Shown: positions 27,268 to 39,689 of the stretch, one piece after another
Layout: each line of letters opens with the position of its first letter
Position numbering within the stretch: position 1 is the stretch's first letter
Source of the DNA: Octopus bimaculoides
Lineage: Eukaryota
DNA length: 64,000 nt
Direction of reading: 5' to 3'
NCBI RefSeq assembly: GCF_001194135.2
Contig: NC_068986.1
Span: 44,388,252-44,452,251 of the forward strand
Position numbers and translations under genes: made by a program
Notes under the pieces: generated by a model
What the model was told of the DNA's origin: nothing
The model's input: the letters and a program-made list of their open reading frames with translations, nothing else
The model's database searches: none

Positions 27268-27652
27268 TGTTTCAGTCATTTGACTGCGGCCATGCTGGAG
27301 TACCGCCTTTAGTCGAGCAAATCGACCCCAGGACTTATTCTTTGTAAGCCTAGTACTTATTTTATCGGTCTCTTTTGCCGAACCGCTAAGTTATGGGGAT
27401 GTAAACACACCAGCGTCGGTTGTCAAGCGATGTTGGGGGGACAAACACAGACACACAAACACACATATATATATATATATTCATATATACGACAGGCTTC
27501 TTTCAGTTTCCGTCTACCAAATCCACTCACAAGGCTTTGGTTGGCCCGAAGCTATAGTAGAAGACACTTGCCCAAGGTGCCATGCAGTGGGACTGAACCC
27601 GGAACCATGTGGTTGGTAAGCAAGCTACTTACCACATAGCCACTCCTGCACC
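27268..27652 (-). mobile_element. tRNA-head SINE (young, full length)
   Basis: Reverse complement of the 26416 family from the head (GGTGCAGGAGTGGC) to the tail (GCAGTCAAATGACTGAAACA). Other copies lie at about 2650-3025, 20365-20740, 28865-29400 and 54615-54730. Confidence 0.8.
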
Positions 27653-27659
27653 TATAGTA

Positions 27660-27874
27660 GAGATGTCTGAAGAATTACAAATTTGTTGTTAAACTGAGAA
27701 GAGTTCTTGAAGTATGGTAACTATAATTGAGATGTCTGAAGAACTACAAATTGTTAAGTTGAGAAGAGTTCTTGAAGTATGAATTTGTAGTTCTTCAGAC
27801 ATCTCAATTATAATTACCATACTTCAAGAACTCTTCTCAATTTAACAGCAAATTTCTAGTTCTTCAGACATCTC
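27660..27874. repeat. Long inverted repeat (93-bp arms, 29-nt spacer) built from a 69-bp tandem unit
   Basis: 27660-27752 is the reverse complement of 27782-27874, with 5 mismatches by manual alignment. Confidence 0.9.
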
Positions 27875-27897
27875 AATAATTATGTATAGTAGAATTA

Positions 27898-28098
27898 GGG
27901 CAGTGAGCTGGCAGCATTGTTAGCATGTCAGGCAACATGCTTTAGTAGCATTTCACTGGCCTTTACATTCTGAGTTCAAATTCCACCAAGGTTAACTTTG
28001 TCTTTCATCCTTTCAGGGTTGATGAAATAAGTACCAGTTGATGTAATTGACTTTAACCCCACCCTGAACTTGCTGGCCTTGTGCCAAAATTTGAAACT
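27898..28098 (+). mobile_element. Second SINE family (core TTTCATCCTTTCRGGGTYGATRAAATAAGTACCAG)
   Basis: Shares the core motif with copies at about 15240-15435, 33115-33290, 47760-47945, 52345-52700 (two in tandem), 60890-61025 and 61110-61205. Confidence 0.65.
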
Positions 28099-28210
28099 GT
28101 TTATGTATAATAGACTTAAAAATGACAACTAATTATTTTATTAATATAAAAGTCACATGGAAAAACCTAAATGAAATGGAAAAAAAACAATGAACAAAAA
28201 AAAACCTTAC

Positions 28211-28372
28211 CTGCCATAAGCGAGTGACCTCCCATATGACTATTTGACCATCATTACAACCAGTAACAATACTGTCTAACTGTGAGTTCATGGTAATCGC
28301 TGAAATACAGTGTGTGGGGGCATAGTGCCCCCACAGCACAACTGGTACAACTAAATTCCCTGTAGTTCCCAT
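28211..28372 (-). CDS. WDR7: WD repeat-containing protein 7 (Rabconnectin-3 beta), first coding exon
   Basis: Translates MGTTGNLVVPVVLWGHYAPTHCISAITMNSQLDSIVTGCNDGQIVIWEVTRLWQ, matching the WDR7 N-terminus as recalled (LVLPIVLWGRKAPTHCIS...IVTGCHDGQICLWD). Donor CAG|GTAAG at 28210, phase 0. An acceptor TTTTCAG lies 10 nt upstream of the ATG, so the exon starts at 28382. Confidence 0.93.
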
Positions 28373-29020
28373 CACAAAGCATCTGAAAATGGAATGGAAG
28401 ATAATAAATATCATTTTTTTAATAATCAGGGGAATAAAACAGCAATATTGTTTTATCTCAGGATGATCATTTTTTTTCTTTTTTCTAATCAAATAAACAC
28501 ATGCACTATATATTCTATCTCAGAATGGACTAAACAGAACAGGAGGAAACACATGAACAGAAGAGTCACTGAAGAGGTTACAGATATGTAACAAAAGATT
28601 TCCAGACATTGGACATAAGATAAAATAAGAACAATAATAAACAAGTGAAGAACAAATATATAGTGCATGTGTTTATCTAGCAAGGAAAAAAAAATGAACA
28701 TCTTGAAATATAACAATATCTGTTCTAACACATGATTTCACATCAAGAATCTTGCAAAACAAATTCCTAAATGTAAAACAGCAATAACTATAGTATACTA
28801 AATGAGAATAAAGTTAAAGTTATGTTGAATCTTTCACTTATACCTAAGAAATATCAACACATAAGTGTAGGTGTGGCTGTGTGGTAAGAAGCTTGCTTCT
28901 CAACCATGTGGTTCTGGATTCAGTCCACCATATGCTACCATGGGCAAGTGTCTTCTACTATAGCCCAGGGCTGACCAAAGCCACGTGGGTTGATTTGGTA
29001 GATGGAAACTAAACTGAAAG

Positions 29021-29063
<43 letters not shown>

Positions 29064-29152
29064 GTTGGCATTTGGAAGGGCATCCAGCTGTAAAAACCAT
29101 GCCAAAACTGATCCCACCTGAGCTGGTGCCACACAAAAAGCACTCAGTCCAG

Positions 29153-29199
<47 letters not shown>

Positions 29200-30128
29200 A
29201 GTGTGGGTCTTTGTGTTTGTACTCCATCACCACTTGACAAGTGTTGATTTGTTTACATCCCTGTAACTTAGCAGTTCAGCAGACACAATCAATAGAATAA
29301 GTACTTAACTTTAAAAAATAAGTACTGAGGTTGATTTGTTTGAGCAAAAACCTACGAGGTGGTGTCCCAGAATGGCTGCAGTACAATGAATGAATCACGT
29401 AAAATGGAAAAGATGCTGTGCAATGGGACGGAACTCAAAACCATGTGGCTGCAAAGCAAGCTTCTTAACCACATAGTCATACCTCTCTCAACTGCTGTCA
29501 CATCTCAAGATACAAAATTATACTTCATAATTAACAACTCTGTTCTCAAGTCACTGATGTTGTTTAGTCACTAGTTAGCCCTGATTAAGCAAACAAGTAA
29601 CCAAAAGTGCTCCTGCCAGGATCATCCCACCTTACTTTAGGACAATATATTTACATATATAATTATCAAATGTGCCATTTTTCTTTTTTAAAGACAGCAG
29701 TGTAATTTGAAGATTTGATTACTATTTCTTATATATTGAAGAATCACATAGAAGACACCGCATTGTTTTCTTCAATGACTATATAAAGCTTCCAAGAAAC
29801 ATAGCAAGACCCTTGTCTATTCTTGGAGTAAAATCTCTTACTTTCCATGTTCTTGAAGATGCAAAGCTAGTAGTTGATTTGCTAATAAGTGAAAAAGATA
29901 ACAATGTCACCACTTGCAGCTCGGTGGTTTTCAGGGAAGCATAAATGTAAACAAGCACACAGACAAATATGTGCATACATACATACATAGACATGGCTGT
30001 GTGGTTAAGAAGACCACCTCCCAACTGCATAGCTTTGGGTTCAGTCCTGCTATGTGACACCTTAAGCAAATGTCATCTGCTGTAGGCTTGGGCTGATCAA
30101 AGCCATGGAACTGAAAGAAGCCCATTAC

Positions 30129-30161
<33 letters not shown>

Positions 30162-32556
30162 TGTGTGTGTGTGTGTGTGTGTGTGTGAGTGTGTGTGTGT
30201 GTATATTTGTATCTCCTTATCTTGACAATGTGTGATAGTTGTAAACAAATGTCACTGTCATACAAGCAGTGTCCTTCATTTCCAATCTTTCTTAAAAACA
30301 TCTCAGGTCATTACCTTGCTTGGAAACAGGTTAGGTGGCCAGAAGTGTATCTAACCATGGAAAATTTGTCTAAATAAATTCCATTTACCTCAAGTAAGCA
30401 TGGAAAAGTCAATGTCAAAACAATGGCAATAGACTCACGTACACATGCAGAGACATACGCAGAGGCCTTCTGTTCTTGGCTCATAGCAAACTTTCATGTT
30501 GTCATCAGTCCCAGATCAGTCATAATAATAATAAAAAAAACTGTGATGAAAGGTGTTCAAGTTATGACAATCTCGTGGTTTGTATATGATGAACTATATT
30601 GTTTGATATGTCCTGTATTAAATTATGAATGTAATTTGTGAGTCTTGGTTGCTACTTCTAGTGGGTTGAGTGACAACCAAATTGTTGTGTGCATTTATCT
30701 AACCCGGATATGTCTGATAGTAAAAGTCAGATGGTGTTATAAAGAATGTTTGTAAAAATCTGTCTGTTCTATTATCTATGTAAATACATAGATTTCACAC
30801 AAACCTAAAATGTAAAAGAAAAGTGTATAAAATTGTATTATTAAAACAATACATCTATTATACTTTGAATTAGTTTTTATCTCTACCTATTTATTTAACA
30901 TATTTCATTTGGTATACATTATCAAAATGTTCTCGTTTTAATAACAGTAAGCATATGCAAGGGTGAATCAGAAAGTGATGTAATTTTTATTTGTATTACT
31001 TTTCAACCAACCCTTTGATATAAAAGGGTGTATTAAGAATTAATGCAAATACAAATTGCACTACTTTTTAATTTGCCCTTGTATTAATGTAAATTATAAC
31101 TCAGTTGAAAAAGTACAGTTGAGAGAACATTACACCAAAGACCTGATGATCCCTAGTACAGTCTAGGTTTCAAGTAGGTTGATGGAGTTCTGTTTTGCTC
31201 TTGAAAATATTACTAACAGAAATTTCTACAATCTGATTCAGTTAAGGAGAGTGATAGAAAGGGAAATTTCAGTCACAACTATACATAGTCATCATTATTT
31301 ACAAGATTTCAAAGTACAATACCTAACCAGCATGGTATGATGAGCTGCTCCATAGATAGTGCAAATGACCTCTTTTTTTTTTTTTTTGTTGAAGAATAAG
31401 AAGAAAAGTAGTCTTATTCTTCTATTAGGATTCCATTCCCAACTATGCGAATGGAATTCACCCAGACATGAATTAAATTAAATTGACCCCAGTACTTGAA
31501 TTATTTGTATTTGCTCTTATCAATTCTAAGAGAAGAAAGATGAAAGGCTGATTTGAATTCAGAACATAGAAGACTGTCACTAAAAACTGCAGGCATTTTG
31601 TCTAGTACCATATTTTCCAGCATTCAAGTAAATTTTTTCAGACCAAAATTTACAGCTGAAAAGGGTAGGTCAAGACAACTTTGAAATGCAGCAGGATTTA
31701 AAAAGACAGTGATAATGTTTTGCACTACTTTTACACTATATATTACATTGACTTATATACCAGATAATAAACTACTCTAGCAATTTTTGCCAATCCACTC
31801 ACTACTTCTCAGTAATCATGCTTTGGTCAGTCTGCAATATGTAGAAGCCATATTTCATAACAATAAAGCAGTACTGGTCATATTGTATATTCTACCTTTG
31901 ACCAATCAGTCAAAACCTTGTTACCATTCAAAAGCCATTCAAATGGTTCAAATATGAAAAGCAACAGTGCAATCATGTCCAAGCCACCTTAAAAGTTCTT
32001 TTTTTCTTTTTCTTTAACAAAATAACTCATAAAGAGAGGATTAGTCTAAATATGAGAAAAAATTAATAAATGGCTAACTATGAAATTTGAGAGTATATGG
32101 TTATCTTATAATTAAAACAGAACTACAATCTTCAACAAATCTAGAATCACTAAAATTTTACATATTGTATCCTAGTAATATAGAAAAGACATTCACACTG
32201 CTTATTGAAACTTAATGAATTAAAGAAATAGCTATTTCCTTTTGTATTATAAAGCTATGACATAAGTTGTTATGCAAAAATTATTCAGTAAAGAGTAAAA
32301 AATTTGAATAAGTTTACATGGCATGGGAAAACAAGATGTTTAGCAAAGTACTTTGACATACAATGTTTTTAGCAATACCGTTCGTGATCATGATCTAACA
32401 TTCACTTTTCAAGCTTGCATGGGTCAGACAGATTTGTTGAGAAAGATTTTCTACTATTGAATGCTTTTCCTGTCACCAAACCTCACAGCTGCTAAATGAT
32501 GTACTGTATCCAGTTCTATATTATATTCATATATACAACAAATGCACATTCATTAA

Positions 32557-32776
32557 TCCTTTAGCATTCAATTTGGTCATATCTGGCCCAAATATGCTAC
32601 CTGTTTTCTGTTCAAACTGGCCAGATCCTGCCTCTCACACCTACCCTACAATGTCATTTCGAAAATTTACAATCACATCATCAAAATCTCAACATTACAA
32701 GATAATAAATGATTACTTGAAAACAATGTGAATGAATAAACATTACATCTGACAGAATAATGTGAATGCTAAAGGG
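32557..32776. mobile_element. piggyBac-type MITE, second family
   Basis: TTAA|TCCTTTAGCATTC ... GAATGCTAAAGGG|TTAA. Homologous copies lie at 37502-37704 and, partially, at about 34010-34210. Confidence 0.6.
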
Positions 32777-33385
32777 TTAACTTTCTACTAAACCATCTAA
32801 TTCCTGCTGTAAAATAGAGCAGATTGTCTGGTCATGGCTATCTAGTAATATATTAATGGGCAAAAAGAAAAGAAAATCTGCCCCAGCTATGTTGCAATGA
32901 TAAATAAATAGATGGAAAACAATAAAAAGTGAAAGAAATATATGGTTTTGAGTTTTTCTTTTGCTATCACAAAATCGATGTAATTAACTTAATCCCTTTG
33001 TCGGTCCTTGTTTGTCCCCTCTATGTTTAGCCCCTTGTGGGCAATAAAGAAATAAATACAGTTTTAGTAATGCATTTTAATTCTGCATAAAGTTTTGACG
33101 GACATTTTACAATTGGATGCCTTCCCACCATCGATCCCAGTGCTTAACTGGTACTTATTTAATTGACCCCGAAAAGATGAAAGGCAAAGTTGCCCTCGGC
33201 GGAATTTAAACTCAGAATGTAATGGCAGACGAAATACTGCTAAGCATTTCGCTCGGTGTGCTAACACTTCTGCCAGTTTGCCACCTAAAACTGTATTATT
33301 AACTCATCTAATTCATGCTCATGATAATGACAAGAAGCATGTTGGGTTCTGGCAAAGTAAAGATTTTGTATGATAACACTATATA

Positions 33386-33567
33386 CCAGGAGTGCTGAAA
33401 AGTTCCTGGTTTTAAGGGTACCACGAAAGGCCTGGTTGGAGGCCCAACCTTCCGAGTCCTTTTACAGGGCTTTGTAAAACTGAGAGAGGAATATGCTGAA
33501 TAAAATCATAACTGATCCTCTTGTATTTTCTTTTACCCAAAGCCAAGAAATTTTCAGTACACACTTG
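33386..33567. mobile_element. Mariner-type MITE
   Basis: TA|CCAGGAGTGCTGAAAAGTTCCTGGTTT and AAAGCCAAGAAATTTTCAGTACACACTTG|TA form imperfect TIRs with TA target sites. Confidence 0.55.
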
Positions 33568-34371
33568 TATATACAAATGTGTGTCATTTTGAAGGCATAT
33601 TATAAGCTCATTCAACCAAGCATGGAAAATTATTGGGGGGGGGGTGGCAGGGGGAGGTTATCTGCTAGGTCTGGAGGAAGAGGTGTTGGCCATGATCATT
33701 GCAGGCTCTCCTGAGAGATTGATACCATTACTATTTCTCTTCAACTTTTGTAAGTCAACACCTGTCAGAGAGATATGAATAAAGAATGAATTCCAGAGGG
33801 CCAATGTTCTAAAAAGGAAGGTCTTGGTAGGTGTATTGACTAATGTGGGGCCTGGGGAATTGGACACACCAAGCATAATGGAGAGATATATGGAGCAGAT
33901 GACATCATAGATTACATAATTTAAAAACAATGAGGGAGACTGTAGATGGTCACTGAATCTGCTAGAAACAGCCAAAACTCCCATGATCCTTCAGTATTTA
34001 AATTGACTATATCAGGCCCAAATATTCTACATGTTTTATCTTCAGACCAGTGAGATCCAACCTGTTACACCTAACCTACAATGTCATTCTAAAAATAAAT
34101 AATCACATCACTGAAATCTCAAAGCTACAAGATAATGCAGGATCAATTCAAAACAATGTGAATAAATAATCATTACATTTGACAGAGTAATTTGAATGCT
34201 AAAGGGTTAAATCATCTCTAAAAAATATGAAAGAACTCAGTAGATAATATAGTGTCATGGCTGGAATGCTTTGACCATAGGTCTCTTTTCGTTTGTTGTT
34301 GACCTATGAGTAACCAACAACCGACTTAGAATTAAGCTGATTGTCGCATGGTTCTGTTTTGTAAAAATATA

Positions 34372-34646
34372 CATCATCATCATCATCATCATCGTTTAAC
34401 GTCCGCTTTCCATGCTAGCATGGGTTGGACGACTTGACTGAGGACTGGTGAAACCGGATGGCAACACCAGGCTCCAATCTAAATTTGGCAGAGTTTCTAC
34501 AGCTGGATGCCCTTCCTAACGCCAACCACTCAGAGAGTGTAGTAGGTGCTTTTACGTGTCACCTGCACGAAGGCCAGTCAGGCGATACTGGCAACGGCCA
34601 CGCTCGAAATGGTGTCTTTTATGTGCCACCTGCACAAGCCAGTCCA
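34372..34646 (-). mobile_element. Short retroelement with a (GAT)n tail
   Basis: The 3' end CCAACCCATGCTAGCATGGAAAGCGGACGTTAAACGATGATG recurs at about 11065-11110, 17590-17790, 45870-46090, 62600-62645 and 62770-62960. Confidence 0.65.
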
Positions 34647-36559
34647 NNNNNNNNNNNNNNNNNNNNNNNNNNNNNNNNNNNNNNNNNNNNNNNNNNNNNN
34701 NNNNNNNNNNNNNNNNNNNNNNNNNNNNNNNNNNNNNNNNNNNNNNNNNNNNNNNNNNNNNNNNNNNNNNNNNNNNNNNNNNNNNNNNNNNNNNNNNNNN
34801 NNNNNNNNNNNNNNNNNNNNNNNNNNNNNNNNNNNNNNNNNNNNNNNNNNNNNNNNNNNNNNNNNNNNNNNNNNNNNNNNNNNNNNNNNNNNNNNNNNNN
34901 NNNNNNNNNNNNNNNNNNNNNNNNNNNNNNNNNNNNNNNNNNNNNNNNNNNNNNNNNNNNNNNNNNNNNNNNNNNNNNNNNNNACCACATGTCCATACCA
35001 GCGCAATCGTCTCTCTTGCACACCACAACTGATGCTTCTAATGTAACTTGAATAAATGACTAGAGAGATTAGTTAATCAATTTAATATTTAATGCTGTTC
35101 TAGTATTTATTCCTGGTTGATACTTTATGATGATTATCAAAAAGATCCTAATTTGAAATAGTATTATCTTTCTTTTACAGAAAATCTCTTTGACTTAACA
35201 TTTTGCACATGGCATTGTTATATAACCTCAGTTCAGCTCTATAAATAAGGCCATTCCAGTCATGACCATCCCATTGTTTCTTTTTTAAGGCATTGTGTAC
35301 ACCTTGAACAACAATATCTAACATGTCCATTTTTTATTTTTAGACACTAAGCTGTTACTTCTTGCAGGCCAAGCAGCCTCATAGAGATTCCCTCACTGGT
35401 TGTTGTCTATTATTATTTATAATAGATCCTCTTAATATCTGCTTGTAGAGTTCACTTATCTAATCAGTCTAGTATTTCTGGAAAGATGTGTTTAATAATT
35501 GGATCACTGTCTAGAAGTCATGTGACTTGACTCTACAAATCACCCCCCTCCCCGCAATCTATGTAGATAATCAGCTGAAAAATTAGTGCATACTATCTTT
35601 ATCAACAAACCTAACACATATATACTATCTAAATAAAAGTCAACTGACCTCCAATGATTTGACCTAATCCACATTGATACAAGTATCTGTTTGATACTTG
35701 TCACACAGCAGATATTCATTCAACAGGTTTAATTAAGTGGCTTTTACATATTTAAACTGTTCTGATACAATGAAAATATAAAAGACATTGACATAAAAGT
35801 GAAACAAAATTCATCTGATCATCACTTTGTTTCTCTATCCCTTTTCTTTCTATCATCTTTCCATTACCCATCTCTCTACCAAACCTCCTGATATCCTTTC
35901 ATTTCTCTTCTGCTCATCTCTTTTATCACCTGTCTGTCTATCACTCACATCTCTACCACCCATCTTTCTAGCTTCCACCTATTCCCCAGTTCTCTATCCC
36001 TCACCCTCTCTTCTATGCACTACATACCATGCTGCATTGTATCATGCACCATTACTGTTAGTGCCAAAGTGGCTTCCATAGGGAGTACATGTCCTCCGTC
36101 TCCTGCCAGATCATCCTACAAAGGCTTTACTCTCATTCGACGCAGCAGTTGTGGGCTGGAAGAGGCCAGAAGTGACAGAATTAACAGACATTGGATCGGT
36201 CTGATCCTACCCTCGTTTTGACATGCACTCACTCTCTAGGCCATCCAACTCTGTAACAAAGGATGGCACTAGACCTACATGTACTCAAGGAACCCTTGAG
36301 GGGGCCTTGAGTACATGTAGGTCCAGTGCCATCCTTGGTACAAATATGCCTTGGTACAAATATGTCTAGTGCTATCATTGAATACCATCCTACACTCAAC
36401 TATCACTGTCTATACAAACAGTCAATATTCCCTGTCTTGTCTTCTCCTTGTGTAAATGAAAATCTTTCAAAGAGTGCAAATTTAGAGAAGCTAACTCTCT
36501 CTATTATTTCTGTCACTATCCTCATACACTTATCCCCTTCACCCACATCTTAGTTTCAT

Positions 36560-37230
36560 CCATAGTCATTTTATCCATTACTCACCCTCTTATTCAAGTT
36601 GCATTGACTGAATGGACATAGCATAAAATAGCAAAGTCACCTTTAGTCTTACAGGACAAAAGACAATAGCATTGCTTGCTTCATGCTCTTGCTTGATGGT
36701 GCTGGGGTCATCTCAAGTCAGTGGTCACAGAGACATCACCATGCAGAGAGCCAACCAGGTCCACCAGTGCTTTCCATCACTGACAGCCCTGTGCCAGCCC
36801 CTCTGCATCCTCCAAGGTGACGTTGAGCCTCTGAAGATCTTCCTTAATCACATCCAGCACTCCAGTGTTGGGCCTGCCACAAGGCTTCTTCCAACCCACA
36901 GTTGCTATGTTGAATGAGAGTAAAGCCCTGGCAGGTTGATCAGGAGGGAGAGAAAAGACAAGTACTCCCTATGGAAGCCCGTTTGGCACCAACAGTATTG
37001 GTGGATGATAAAACGCAGCCCATACAGTTGAGATAATTCTTTAACCTTGTTGAGGACATCACACCATCTTTAAAGCTGATGCCATGATAATACATACCCA
37101 AGTACACTTTGCAAAACACTTGGTGAAGAGAAGACCATCTGGTCAGAGAAACCAAGCAAAAAAGGAACTGTATCATCAATGATGTTGGTGGTTCTAAAAA
37201 CATTCTCTAATTTGGATAAATTTGTATTCT
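36560..37230 (-). mobile_element. Short RTE-derived element
   Basis: The minus strand encodes GRPNTGVLDVIKEDLQRLNVTLEDAEGLAQGCQ*WKALV, typical of the RTE ORF C-terminus, preceded by non-coding sequence. Part of that sequence recurs inverted at about 36060-36175. Confidence 0.55.
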
Positions 37231-37501
37231 GAATGGCATGGCTGTGCTTCTGACCATGTGATTTCAGGTTCAGTCCCACTGCACAGCACTTGGGCAAGTG
37301 TCTTCCACTATAACCCCTGGTTACCTAATAACCTGTGAGTGGATTTGATAGATGGAAACTGAAAAGAGCTTGGCATATGTGTGTGTGTGTATGTGTGTGT
37401 GCACCCTTGTTTTGGCATCACATGAGGGTTGTAAACTAGTATCACCGTCATACAGGCACTGTTGGGGAAAACTTTTAGTAGCAGTGGTATATGACATTTA
37501 A

Positions 37502-37704
37502 CCTTTTAGCATTTAAACTGGCCATATCCAGCCAAAATATTCTACCTGTTTTATGTTCAAACCAGCCAGATCTGGCCTCTCACACCTACTCTACAATGTC
37601 ATTTAAAAGAACAATCAATCACATCATCAAAATCTCAAAGCTATGAAGTAGGACATGATCAATTCAAAACAATGCAAATAAGCATTACATTTAATGCTAA
37701 CAGG
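37502..37704. mobile_element. piggyBac-type MITE, same family as 32557-32776
   Basis: TTAA|CCTTTTAGCATT ... AATGCTAACAGG|TTAA, and the internal sequence aligns with 32557-32776. Confidence 0.55.
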
Positions 37705-38444
37705 TTAAAGCTAGACAAACTTCCTAGTATTCTCTACTAACACATTTTTTGATTTTTCTGCTGTCTTCACGCTCTTTTTTATTCTCCCTCTACACATCAT
37801 ACTGATTACTCTCTACATTTAATATGTGCATGGTACTCCCACATCTGATGGTGCCAAGACAAAAAGTATGCCTCCTACATATCCTTCAAGAGTGATTGGT
37901 GAGCAAAGCAACTCCTCCAGTGCTGGTGCCACAAAACCACAAAAATGCATTCAGTACATACAGTAAAGTGGTTGGCAAATGAACAGAGAAAGCATAAAAT
38001 TGTGAGGTTCCTTTAGTATTGTCTCGCTGAGGACTTATCAATCTCTCTGGTGTTGCTACCACAAAAATATGCACCTAAAACAGTCTGAAAAGTGGTCAGC
38101 AATAAGAAGAACATCCAGTCATAGAAAGCAAGCCAAATGACATATACAAGAACCAGTCTATGAGAGTAGTGGTTTCCAATAAGAAATGACTTAAGACTGT
38201 GAAGACCCAGCATGGAAAGAGGATGCAAAATGATGATCATGATGCTAACTTAAAGTTTTCCAATTTATATGATTGATGCAAATATAATTATCCCCAAAAC
38301 ACAATAGTACCTAACACACACACACCTCTCCCCCCATTTTTCCTAAGCATTAAACTCACACACCTGCTTGTTCTTCCCACATCTATCACTGTCTTTTGTT
38401 TTCTGTACATTTGAACCATATGTGTGTGTATGTATATATATATA

Positions 38445-39689
38445 CACAGCGACATGACAGAAGTAAATAGACAACCCATAAAACATCATTTTATGTTTAT
38501 TCTAACTTGTAATGGTTTATATTTTTTATTAATTGACATTTTTATGTTTCAGGTTCTATATGTGACTGTTTAATCATGCCATGTACAAAAGAAGCCTTGG
38601 AACTGTCTGAATTTCAAAGCAGCCATATTGTGGGTCATTCTGAAGGTGGACATAACATAAAATCACAGAAAACCTTGGGATCCTGCTTTCTACAGTTAAT
38701 AGAGTGATTGTGCAATTCACCAGAGAGGGGAAGGGGTCTACATCACCTTGCCCAGATCAACCAGGGCCCTCCAACAAGACCCTTCTCTTTGTTAAGAGAA
38801 GTGTGGAGGATAATCCTTGTTACAAGGCCTCTGACATAGCAGAACAAGTTGATGTCAGTCCCAGAACAGCTATCAGGTATCTCCACAAACTTGGATACTA
38901 TGGCAGAGCAGCAAGAAGGAAGCCACTTCTTCCATCAGCCAATATCAAGCAGAGAAAAGTTTTGACCAGTGAGATGCTGGAGAGATCACTAGCATTTTGG
39001 GACACTGTCATACTCTCTGATGAGTCCAGATTTGCTATTTCCTGACAGTGGTTGATTATGGGTCTGGAGACTCTGTGATTAAAAATTTGATGTGTAAAGA
39101 TTGCAGCCAACAATGAAACACGGCAGCTATTCTGTGATGGTCAGGGGAGCAATTTGGAGCAATGGTTGATCTGAGTTGATGGCATGTGATGGAAACATAA
39201 ACTCAAATAATTATGTGTCCACATTGCAGAAAGGACTCCTTCCAATCTTCTCCAGTGGTGAAATGATTAAAGAAGACTCTTTATTTATGGGGCTCCTTGC
39301 CATATGGTTAAAATGACCCAAGATTTTCTAGATGAGAATGGCATTAAAAAAGCTTCCATGGCTAAGCCAGTCACCATATATGAACCTATTGAACATCCCT
39401 AGAACATAATGAACAGGATACATCATGAAAAGAACAAGAAAGCATCTTCAAAGCCAGATCTTTTGAGATTACTGCATGAAACTTGGCAAGAGATTCCACA
39501 AGAGAATATTCATCATCTGATCAGTAACATGCCTAATAGGATCCTTGCATTGAAAAATGCATGGGGCATGTCTACTAAATATTAAATATTCACATTATAA
39601 CAATTAATAAATAATTTGAATGTTTAATTTCAGATTTAAATAAATTTTAATGATCATAAGGGTGTCTATTTACTTCTGTCGTGTCTGTG
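38445..39689 (+). mobile_element. Tc1-family DNA transposon, full-length but degenerate
   Basis: Matching TIRs (CACAGCGACATGACAGAAGTAAATAGACA / TGTCTATTTACTTCTGTCGTGTCTGTG) with TA flanks. ORF 38704-39045 contains YYGRAARRKPLL and WDTVILSDESRF. A WLSQSPYMNL motif (cf. WPSQSPDLNPIE) follows in another frame. Confidence 0.9.

Noticed and set aside
27660-27874. Repeat-spacer look suggesting CRISPR, and CTGAAGA suggesting a ribozyme
   Set aside because: The DNA is eukaryotic with no unique spacers or cas genes, and no stem II-GAAA follows CTGAAGA. It is reported only as an inverted repeat.
28548-28600. CTGAAGA followed by a GTTAC/GTAAC hairpin (possible hammerhead)
   Set aside because: No GAAA follows stem II, and there is no stem III, NUH triplet or stem I partner.
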